NCBI RefSeq assembly: GCF_005280735.1
Contig: NZ_CP040078.1
Location: 861,746 to 893,745 of the forward strand
Length of the DNA stretch: 32,000 bases
Direction: 5' to 3'
Source of the DNA: Trinickia violacea
Lineage (GTDB): Bacteria; Pseudomonadota; Gammaproteobacteria; Burkholderiales; Burkholderiaceae
This document shows positions 17,986 through 24,755 of the stretch, in pieces. How positions within the stretch are numbered: the stretch's first letter is position 1; every line of letters starts with the position of its first letter. Made by a program: the position numbers and the translations under genes. The notes under the pieces are model-generated. The model was not told where the DNA came from. It searched no databases and was given only the letters and a program-made list of their open reading frames with translations.

Positions 17986-18873
17986 ATGGAATCCGTCCGC
18001 ACGCTCAAGTATTTTCTCGCTGTCGTCGATGCCGGCAGCGTCACCGGCGCGGCCAGCCACCTCGGCATGGCGCAACCTGCGCTCAGTCAGGCCATCACGC
18101 GGTTGGAGCAGGATCTTGGCGTGAAGCTCCTTGCGAGAACGCGCCGCGGCGCGGCGCTCACGCCAGCTGGTGAGGCGATCGTCGAGGACATCCGGCTGAG
18201 CGTGTCGCGAATCGAGGCGGCCGAAAGGCGTGCTCGTGATATCGGCGCGCAGCGTGGCGGGAGACTCACGATCGGCTTCGCGTCGGCGGCGCTGTTCGAG
18301 GTGATGCCCAAGGCGATCAGGGCACTGCGCCTCGAGGTGCCCAACGTCGAACTGACGCTGCGCGAGATGAGCAACGCCGAGCAGGCTAGCGCGCTTGAAT
18401 CCGGCGAGATCGACATTGGCCTGCTCCATACGCCGGTTGCCGTGAGCGGGCGAATGCGCGAGAAGCTGATCGTGCGTGAACGGCTGCAGGCGGTCGTGCA
18501 CGAATCGCATCCGCTCGGTGCCGACGGCAAGCTGGGCCTCGCGGATCTTGCGCGCATCGGGCTCGTTTGGTTTCCGCATGGCCAGTTGCCGGTGGTGCGC
18601 GCCGGCATCCTTAGCGCGTTTCGCAAATTCGGCTGCGAGGCCAATATCGTGCAGGAGGCGAATCGGTCGCTGACGGTGCTCGCTTGTGTTGCGTCTGGCT
18701 GTGGAGCTTCATTGCTGCCGCAATCGGTGAAGGCGCTTCAGTTTGCCGGCGTGCGCGTGTGCGAAGTGCGCGAGGGCGATGCGCTGCCGTTCTTCGAGCT
18801 CAGCGCAATCTGGCCGCACCGGTCCCGCCCAACGCTCGCCGACAAGTTCGCGGCGCTGTTGAGTCCGCGATGA
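17986..18873 (+). CDS. LysR family transcriptional regulator, divergent from the MFS-lactonase-lyase operon
   Basis: HTH: LKYFLAVVDAGSVTGAASHLGMAQPALSQAITRLEQDLGVKLLARTRRGAALTPAG. Confidence 0.9.
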   Translation: MESVRTLKYFLAVVDAGSVTGAASHLGMAQPALSQAITRLEQDLGVKLLARTRRGAALTPAGEAIVEDIRLSVSRIEAAERRARDIGAQRGGRLTIGFASAALFEVMPKAIRALRLEVPNVELTLREMSNAEQASALESGEIDIGLLHTPVAVSGRMREKLIVRERLQAVVHESHPLGADGKLGLADLARIGLVWFPHGQLPVVRAGILSAFRKFGCEANIVQEANRSLTVLACVASGCGASLLPQSVKALQFAGVRVCEVREGDALPFFELSAIWPHRSRPTLADKFAALLSPR

Positions 18874-19019
18874 GTCGCGTTGGCTTTCAGATTCATAAGC
18901 TCGACGTTGAAGCGCGGCCCGAACGATTAGCGGGTCCCGAGCGAGCAGACAACTACCTACGGCTAGTGCAGGTCAGAAAGAAGGTGCACGTCGGGTGTGC
19001 GCGCAAATGGAGACCCTTC

Positions 19020-19289
19020 TCACGAGATCGTGTACCTGATCTGGGGACCACCCTTATAAAGGTCTCTGGCGAGTGCCAAAATCCGCTCGCGATTGCGGTC
19101 GAAGGCCGCAAGCAAGGCGGGCTCGCCGGAACCCATGTCAGAGTTCAGTTTCGCCAGCATCGCATCGTCGACCAGAAAGGTAATCTCGCGAGAAGAATTG
19201 TCGTAGCCCCAGAAGCACACACAGTGTCTGGAAACGTCGTAGGTGCGACTGGGATTAGGAAAGTTGAGTGTCACGTCACTTTTGCCCAT
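19020..19289 (-). CDS. DUF1488-like small protein (89 aa)
   Basis: The size and the pattern FPNPSRTYDxxxxxVxFWGYDxxxEITFxVxxxxL...LLAAFDRNRERIxxxA match my recollection of the PF07369 family. This is not verified by search. Its ATG directly abuts the stop of the upstream ORF (TAGATG). Confidence 0.6.
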   Translation of the reverse strand: MGKSDVTLNFPNPSRTYDVSRHCVCFWGYDNSSREITFLVDDAMLAKLNSDMGSGEPALLAAFDRNRERILALARDLYKGGPQIRYTIS

Positions 19290-19475
19290 CTAACCCTCTT
19301 CACAGATATAACGCCACTTGCTCGCGTTGACATTGATGCGGGCGTCATTTTCTTGCCGCTTCTGGGCGCGCTCGATGTCCGCGCGCTTCAGTGCCAAGGA
19401 GCGTGCCTTTTGCCCATCAACGAAGTCGCTTTGCCTGACGGGCGTGGCTGACTTCAGCTCGGTTTGCTTTGGCAT
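19290..19475 (-). CDS. Hypothetical small charged protein (61 aa), juxtaposed with the DUF1488-like gene
   Basis: Track ORF MPKQTELKSATPVRQSDFVDGQKARSLALKRADIERAQKRQENDARINVNASKWRYICEEG. The stop TAG at 19290-19292 is immediately followed by the ATG of the next gene. The RBS is weak and I recognised no family. Confidence 0.4.
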   Translation of the reverse strand: MPKQTELKSATPVRQSDFVDGQKARSLALKRADIERAQKRQENDARINVNASKWRYICEEG

Positions 19476-19929
19476 GCTGGTTCCAAAAAAAGAATTTCAA
19501 ATGGCAGGACCGTCGCGGCGACCGAATTTCATCGTCGTCCGCCCTATGGGAGGTGCGCACGACTACCCGCGCGGGCTTGCCGCCGACGGCATCTCTTGTG
19601 CACTGAACAGCCGGATCGAGCCTCACAGTGAGGCCCGGTTAACGCGAAAAGTTCGCAGCTTCGACGTTCGCTCGCGGGATCGTTGTGGTGAGCTTTCTGC
19701 GGAGCCGTGCTGACCGGGGGTATCGCAAGGAGTCGACGCAAAACCACCGGTCGTTCACATCGCACTTCCCGAGGATGCGCCCGATACCACAGCCATGCAA
19801 GCGCTATCTCGACGCGTCAGTTCACTCAAATCCCCCGCGCACGTACCTTTGGCCTGCAGGCTCCGATGAATTCTTTCACTTCCCGTGAGGCAGAACGCTT
19901 CGTTTCCAGACGAGTGCATCGCCCGGGAT

Positions 19930-20247
19930 TCAACGTCTAGGTCCCTTCATACCTTCGGTTTCCATGGCCGCATGCCGCTCCTCGTTTGCTTCTATGGGTT
20001 CCATGGCCTCGTCGATGGAAGCTGTGGCGCGCTCGGTGGCCGATCGGGTTTCGTCGACAGTGGCCCCGGGTTCTCCGTCTTCGTTGCGCGGGGGCTCCAG
20101 CATATCCTTAAGCATTGCCGTCAACTCCGGCGTGTCCCACGGCTTTCCGCGCTGCTTGTTCTTCTTTATGTAATGCCTGACTTCCGCGTCCTGCTCCGGC
20201 GTCAAGGGAAGACCGCGAAAAGTGTTTTGGGGGGTAATGTCGGCCAT
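19930..20247 (-). CDS. Hypothetical acidic protein (105 aa)
   Basis: This is the internal ATG 20247 of track ORF 19930..20436, with GGAGC 6-10 nt upstream. Sequence: MADITPQNTFRGLPLTPEQDAEVRHYIKKNKQRGKPWDTPELTAMLKDML..., followed by a Glu/Ala-rich tail. No family recognised. Confidence 0.45.
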   Translation of the reverse strand: MADITPQNTFRGLPLTPEQDAEVRHYIKKNKQRGKPWDTPELTAMLKDMLEPPRNEDGEPGATVDETRSATERATASIDEAMEPIEANEERHAAMETEGMKGPRR

Positions 20248-20432
20248 GGTACTGCTCCGAGATTTGTCCTGTTGAAGTTGAAGGCTGTCGCAAAAGCTGC
20301 CGGCGATGTCCATCTGAAGGCGTAGGCAGAAGTACCATGGCCTTTCCCGTCTTGGGCGGCGCTGGAACCCGAGGTCTTCATGCAACGAACAATCGAATAT
20401 CGCGGATCGGAACCGCATCGTTGACCGCGCCG

Positions 20433-20588
20433 TCAATGCTTACGGTGCATCCAACCCATGTGATGTGCATCAAGCCACTGCGCCATCCCGTCGCCCTTGT
20501 GGTCGTGCATGTAACGTTGCGCCAGCATGAACGCGACGACCAATAGGACCGCCAGGCCGACCATAAAACTAATCATTGACTGAGTCAT
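20433..20588 (-). CDS. Small single-TM peptide (51 aa) with a His/Met-rich C-terminus
   Basis: Below the track cutoff. My translation reads MTQSMISFMVGLAVLLVVAFMLAQRYMHDHKGDGMAQWLDAHHMGWMHRKH*. A perfect GGAGG lies 5 nt upstream of the ATG, and a TACAAT -10-like hexamer lies at 20623-20628 (minus orientation). Confidence 0.5.
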   Translation of the reverse strand: MTQSMISFMVGLAVLLVVAFMLAQRYMHDHKGDGMAQWLDAHHMGWMHRKH

Positions 20589-20667
20589 GGCAACCTCCTT
20601 GCCAGGTCGCGACCATCTTTACATTGTAGGTGATGCGCTCACGGAAACCGCCATCCCGCCCGGTTCC

Positions 20668-20682
20668 TGTCCCTCAGGGACA
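20668..20682. promoter_or_regulatory. 15-bp palindrome TGTCCCTcAGGGACA upstream of the 51-aa ORF (candidate operator)
   Basis: The 7-bp arms are exact reverse complements around one central base. It lies about 80 nt upstream of ATG 20588. Confidence 0.3.
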
Positions 20683-20763
20683 ATTCGGTGTTTCCCTGGC
20701 CCGGCGGTCGTGTGGAGGCCGCCCGCTTCACTTCGGTTCCGGCCAGTTTTCTTGTACGTCAGA

Positions 20764-20787
20764 CAAAAAGCCGGCGCTTGGCCGGCT
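20764..20787 (-). terminator. Rho-independent terminator (minus strand)
   Basis: In minus orientation the sequence is AGCCGGC-caagc-GCCGGCT followed by TTTT. The 7-bp GC-rich stem pairs 20769-20775 with 20781-20787, and the U-run comes from the A-run at 20765-20769. Confidence 0.6.
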
Positions 20788-20788
20788 T

Positions 20789-20836
20789 CTGCTGACTGCT
20801 CTTCAGCAGTCTCGCGACTGACGCTTGTCAGACGCG
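20789..20836 (-). other. Two further stem-loops directly upstream of the terminator (minus orientation)
   Basis: CTGCTGA (20789-20795) pairs with TCAGCAG (20803-20809) around a 7-nt loop. CGCGACTGAC (20813-20822) pairs with GTCAGACGCG (20827-20836) around a 4-nt loop, with one A-A mismatch. Confidence 0.6.
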
Positions 20837-21216
20837 CTGTTCCGTGGTTTAAGGCGCAATGGGCGTTTCCAATGTATGTTCGGCGCCGTCATTTTAAGCT
20901 TCGGCTTACTTGCGCTTGCCGTGCTCAACTTGCTGTGCGCGCCGCAGATCCGATGCTTGACCTCGTCACGGTTGTTCCCGTTTTGCTGTTGCTTCGTTAC
21001 AAACTCCGGTGTACTGCAAAGTCCATTCTGTCTCGCGAAACTTCAACTAATTCGTAATCCTACAAATTAGACTTTGGAAAAATCGTTACGTTCGGAACGG
21101 AGTTGTAACAGCCGGCCGAATCGCTGAAAACGCTTCGCGACAGCGAGCTGAAATCAGCGCACAATGCTTGGACACTCGAGCTTTTTGGCGAGCACCAATA
21201 CCACCGGAGTAGTGTG

Positions 21217-21357
21217 ATGGCAAAAGGTCAGTTGCGCAGCAATCGCGAAGCAAAGAAACCGAAGCAGCCGAAAAAGCCGCCGCCCGGTTTGTCGCCGTCC
21301 AGATCGGTCGCACCCAGCGTGCAGCCGAATTCTGTGGATACGAAAAAAAAGCGTTGA
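21217..21357 (+). CDS. Small Lys/Pro-rich basic protein (46 aa)
   Basis: Below the track cutoff. My translation reads MAKGQLRSNREAKKPKQPKKPPPGLSPSRSVAPSVQPNSVDTKKKR*. GGAG lies 8 nt upstream. It resembles the small basic hypothetical proteins annotated in Burkholderia and Ralstonia genomes, from memory only. Confidence 0.45.
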   Translation: MAKGQLRSNREAKKPKQPKKPPPGLSPSRSVAPSVQPNSVDTKKKR

Positions 21358-21910
21358 GGACCCTCTCGTCCAGCCAATTCGTCGGCGTCGCATCGATGCC
21401 CGACAACTTTGTCTCGAGCTCATCCGGTCGCGGTTTCGATGATCCTCGCTTGCCACAACGCAGGCGTGGGTCTTCGTGCGCATGCCGCCGGTGCTCGTCC
21501 TACCGAGTTCCCGTACGCCGGCGGGCCGACAGCGATACCTCTCTCTGAGCGCATGCCGTTAGGCTTGCCGATGTTCTTTGTTAGGTGCACAGCCGACGTT
21601 TGAATGTCCGGGCGGCGGGGTAAACGATCGTCTCCTTCTGGCCGCACTGACCCGAAGCCACTGTCCACTGTTTTGCAGAACGGAGGTCCCCTTTCGGCGT
21701 GGAATTATCATTCGCATACTCACGATCAAAATCTTCGGGGTAGGTCGAACCTTGGCCGTCCGTTATACTCGCGAACTTCGCATGTCGTCTCAGTAACCCG
21801 GTGATCACGCTTGCACTGTATGGTCCACGGTTGATATATCGAGCGGAAAGGTCGCCTGCCTGGCGTTTAACTTCACTTTCCGCCACGCCACCACACATAG
21901 GGGACAACCT

Positions 21911-22786
21911 TTGGAACGCCTCAGCCTTGCGCTCATCGTGGCGTTGCTCCGCACGCTTTCCGTGCTTCCTTACAAGTTTGTCGCAAGGCTCGGGATGGTT
22001 GTCGGCACTGCGTTGTATGTGCTTCCGAGCCGCCGCAAGCATATCGTCCTGGTGAACTTGCGTCTCTGCTTCCCCGAGAAGACTAGCGACGACCATCACA
22101 AGCTCGCAAGAGATCACTTTCGTCATGTTGTTCGCAGCTATCTCGAGCGAGGCATCCAGTGGTTTGGCAGTGCGCAGTCAATCCAGGATATCGTACAGAT
22201 CGAAAGCAAAATTGATCTCAATGCCAAAGAAGCCCCGCCCACCATCTTCATGGGCTTTCACTTTGTGGGCATTGAGGTCGGCTGCATGCTTTACTCGACG
22301 CACCTCCCCGTCGCCTCCCTGTACACACGTATGTCAAGCGCAGCCCTATGCGACCTGGCCAAGCGGCAACGCGGCAGATTCGGCGCAGAGATGATCGAGC
22401 GCGCGACAAGTGCCAGAAAGATCGTGGGATTGTTGCGTTCCGGCAAACCGGTCATGCTCGCGGCGGATATGGACCAGGGCGTCGACAACTCCGTGTTTGT
22501 CCCTTTCTTCGGCGTTCCCGCCTGCACGCTCACGGCTGTTTCGCGTCTCGCGAGACTGGGGCGTGCGCGGGTTGTTCCCTTCGTGACTGAGGTGCTTCCG
22601 AATTATCAAGGGTATAAGTTGACCATTTTCGATCCGCTCCTGGACTTCCCATCGGGGAGCGATGAGGTCGACGCGCGTCGCATGAATGCGTTCCTTGAGG
22701 AACAGGTCGTTAAATTTCCCGAGCAGTATTACTGGGTGCACCGACGTTTCAAGCACCGACCACCGGGTATGGCATCGGTATATTGA
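21911..22786 (+). CDS. lpxL: Lipid A biosynthesis late (lauroyl/myristoyl) acyltransferase, LpxL/HtrB family, extra copy
   Basis: NLRLCFPEKT, the HX4E active site in GFHFVGIEVG, MLAADMD, FVPFFGVPACTLTAVSRLA and the C-terminal EQYYWVHRRFKHRPPG all match the family. The track start is TTG 21911. The same frame stays open and hydrophobic back to a stop at 21794-21796 without an ATG or GTG, so the start is uncertain. Confidence 0.85.
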   Translation: MERLSLALIVALLRTLSVLPYKFVARLGMVVGTALYVLPSRRKHIVLVNLRLCFPEKTSDDHHKLARDHFRHVVRSYLERGIQWFGSAQSIQDIVQIESKIDLNAKEAPPTIFMGFHFVGIEVGCMLYSTHLPVASLYTRMSSAALCDLAKRQRGRFGAEMIERATSARKIVGLLRSGKPVMLAADMDQGVDNSVFVPFFGVPACTLTAVSRLARLGRARVVPFVTEVLPNYQGYKLTIFDPLLDFPSGSDEVDARRMNAFLEEQVVKFPEQYYWVHRRFKHRPPGMASVY

Positions 22787-22866
22787 ACGGTTCGCCCGGT
22801 CAATGAGCTTGCCGGCAGCGTTTGCCAGCATCCATGCGTTGTGCGTTTTCAAAGGATGCTAGGCGC

Positions 22867-23439
22867 TCATCGCCCCGATGCTTCCGGGAGCGGGCTGGTG
22901 AGTGCCGCGCCCGTTGAGTGGTCAGTATCGCGGACGATGTAGTCGACGCCCAGACCCTTCACGGCCTGCGTGACGTTTTGCGGATCCTTCTCGAAGGCGA
23001 ACTCGGGTGCGTGCACGCCGATCACCACGAGGCCGTGATCCTTAAAATTGCCGGCCCAGCTGCGTACGTAGGGCAGCGCACCCACGGCTCTGGCTGCGGC
23101 CTGCACGGGGCCGACGAGATGTACCGCGTCGATCAGCTTCTGTTCAATTACGCCGGCACTCTCCAGCGACATTCGTGTCAGCAGATGAGTATCCAGCCCG
23201 AGCGCAATGGCGGCTACCCGCGCGAGCGCGAGCACGCCCAAAATGCAGCGCGCCAATTCGCCGGCGCCAAGCACGCGCTTCATGGCGGCGAAGGTGAGCG
23301 CCTTGCCGGCCGGCATGGGCTGTCCATTACGTGCGAACGGCCGGTCTGTGCGAGCAAATACGAACGGCAGCACGCGCAGGATGCCGGGACTCGGAATGGT
23401 GAGTACCCCGCCCAGGTAAGCAAGGATCAGTAAAAGCAT
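22867..23439 (-). pseudogene. DipZ/CcdA-thioredoxin-like (cytochrome c biogenesis / thiol:disulfide interchange) remnant
   Basis: The N-terminus MLLLILAYLGGVLTIPSPGILRVLPFVFAR has Gly where, as I recall, the family's conserved redox-active Cys sits (SPC..P). It is joined to a fragment of the thioredoxin-like domain (ALPYVRSWAGNFKDHGLVVIGVHAPEFAFEKDPQNV) that lacks a CxxC. The product is 190 aa, whereas DipZ-type proteins are several hundred residues. Confidence 0.6.
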
Positions 23440-23549
23440 GGGAGCGACTTCCGTGGTGGGTTCATGGCGCTATTCGCGCGACCCCGCGCCCGGGTTATGT
23501 CCCGGTGTGCGCGAGGCTGCGGACAGCACGCTCTGGCGTCTACGCCGGT

Positions 23550-24311
23550 CTACTTTGCGGCAGCCTCGATGACTCGAGCGACCTCGTCAGGATGCGAGAT
23601 ATAGACAGCGTGGCCTGCGCTCACTTCGGTAACCTTGGCGCCCGAGCGTTGATACATCCAGCGCTGAAGCTGAGGGCTCACGACACGATCCTGAGTGGTC
23701 AGCACCGCATAGCTAGGCTTGCTTCGCCATGCCGCGACAGGCAATGGGGCTGCCACGGCTTTCTGCGCAAGTGGCTGCTGCGAGTCCGCCAGGAATTGCG
23801 CGTCTGAAGGCGGAAGATCCTGCGCGTAGGTTTCGCGGAATCTCGCCGGCGGGATGTAGAAGTACTTATCCGGCGAGGCGCGCATGGCATCGTTCGGCGC
23901 GGCAAACTTCTGCAAGAGTTGACCGGTGGCTTCTCCTTTGTCGGGTTGGAGTGCGGCGACATAGACGAGTGCGCTGACCTTCGGGTCGGCGCCTGCGTCC
24001 GTGATCACGGAGCCGCCATAGCTATGACCGACGAGCACGACCGGGCCCGGCAGCCGATCGATGACGCGTTTGGTCGCGTCGACGTCCTCGTCGAGGCTCG
24101 TCAGCGGTTCTTGCACGATACTCACGTGGTAGCCGTCTTTCGAGAGGATGTCGTAGACGCCGCGCCAGCCCGAGCCGTCCACGAGCGCGCCGTGAACAAT
24201 GACGATTTCTTTGGCCGCCGTTCCAGTCTCGGCGTGGGCCATCGTGCTGCCCATGGCAGCCATGACGGCAATGAAAATACTCTTTCGCAGTGCGAACATT
24301 TTAATCTCCAC
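23550..24311 (-). CDS. Secreted alpha/beta hydrolase
   Basis: Signal peptide ...AVMAAMGSTMAHA followed by ETG. IVIVHGALVDGSGW and the nucleophile elbow VGHSYGG are present. The alternative start ATG 24299 gives MFALRK... Confidence 0.85.
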   Translation of the reverse strand: MEIKMFALRKSIFIAVMAAMGSTMAHAETGTAAKEIVIVHGALVDGSGWRGVYDILSKDGYHVSIVQEPLTSLDEDVDATKRVIDRLPGPVVLVGHSYGGSVITDAGADPKVSALVYVAALQPDKGEATGQLLQKFAAPNDAMRASPDKYFYIPPARFRETYAQDLPPSDAQFLADSQQPLAQKAVAAPLPVAAWRSKPSYAVLTTQDRVVSPQLQRWMYQRSGAKVTEVSAGHAVYISHPDEVARVIEAAAK

Positions 24312-24342
24312 AATGACTTTCGAATATGCTTGTCTAGGGGTG

Positions 24343-24648
24343 TCAGGCCAGTACGTTTTTCATGGCCAGAACGTCGAACGCCTCGACCGCCGGCGGGCGT
24401 GCCAGCATCTCTTCGACCCGCGCCATCAGGCTCTGTGCCATGTTGCCGGCGAGGTGCGCCTGGCGATCCTCTTCACTCGCAAAAGCGTCGAAGACACCGA
24501 ACGTGTTCGGCGACAGCCTGAGGGCGAACCAGATCGGCGTCGTTGCCTCCTGATTCGTCATTTCCAAGCCGTCGGCAAGAAAGTCCGCTACCGCCTGCTC
24601 CTTACCGGGCTTGGCTTCCAGTTTCACAAATAAAGCGTGCTTGATCAT
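24343..24648 (-). CDS. ABM-domain putative (quinol) monooxygenase, 101 aa
   Basis: This is the internal ATG 24648 of track ORF 24343..24777, with AGGAG 7 nt upstream. Sequence: MIKHALFVKLEAKPGKEQAVADFLADGLEMTNQEATTPIWFALRLSPNTFGVFDAFASEEDRQAHL. Confidence 0.8.
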   Translation of the reverse strand: MIKHALFVKLEAKPGKEQAVADFLADGLEMTNQEATTPIWFALRLSPNTFGVFDAFASEEDRQAHLAGNMAQSLMARVEEMLARPPAVEAFDVLAMKNVLA

Positions 24649-24755
24649 CTGCGTTCTCCTGTATTCGCGTGAAGGGCCACGCGATGAACGCACTTTACAA
24701 ACTGAGCAGGCTGGAGAACACTGTCTGAATCGACAATTTTGATAGCGATTCCGCC

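Larger units (their letters stand above)
20764..21044 (-). ncRNA. Candidate sRNA or cis-regulatory leader of about 280 nt ending at the terminator
   Basis: I found no ORF with an RBS in any minus-strand frame between 20790 and 21216. A possible promoter is TTCCAA (21079-21074), a 17-nt spacer, then TACGAA (21056-21051). The 3' end has three stem-loops and a U-run. The 5' end is a guess. Confidence 0.2.

Noticed and set aside
18684-19451. 255-aa plus-strand ORF running from the LysR 3' end across the DUF1488 pair
   Set aside because: It starts inside the LysR gene out of frame and lies antisense to the two small minus-strand genes. It has no motifs or RBS.
20790-20900. 29-aa minus-strand ORF (MTAPNIHWKRPLRLKPRNSASDKRQSRDC) inside the candidate sRNA
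   Set aside because: It has no RBS and runs into the stem-loops. It is more likely non-coding.
21581-22126. 181-aa minus-strand ORF upstream of and overlapping the LpxL paralog
   Set aside because: Its 5' third is antisense to the LpxL N-terminus. It has no RBS or recognisable domain. The non-overlapping part (21581-21900) could still hide something, so that stretch is flagged only as ORF-less DNA.
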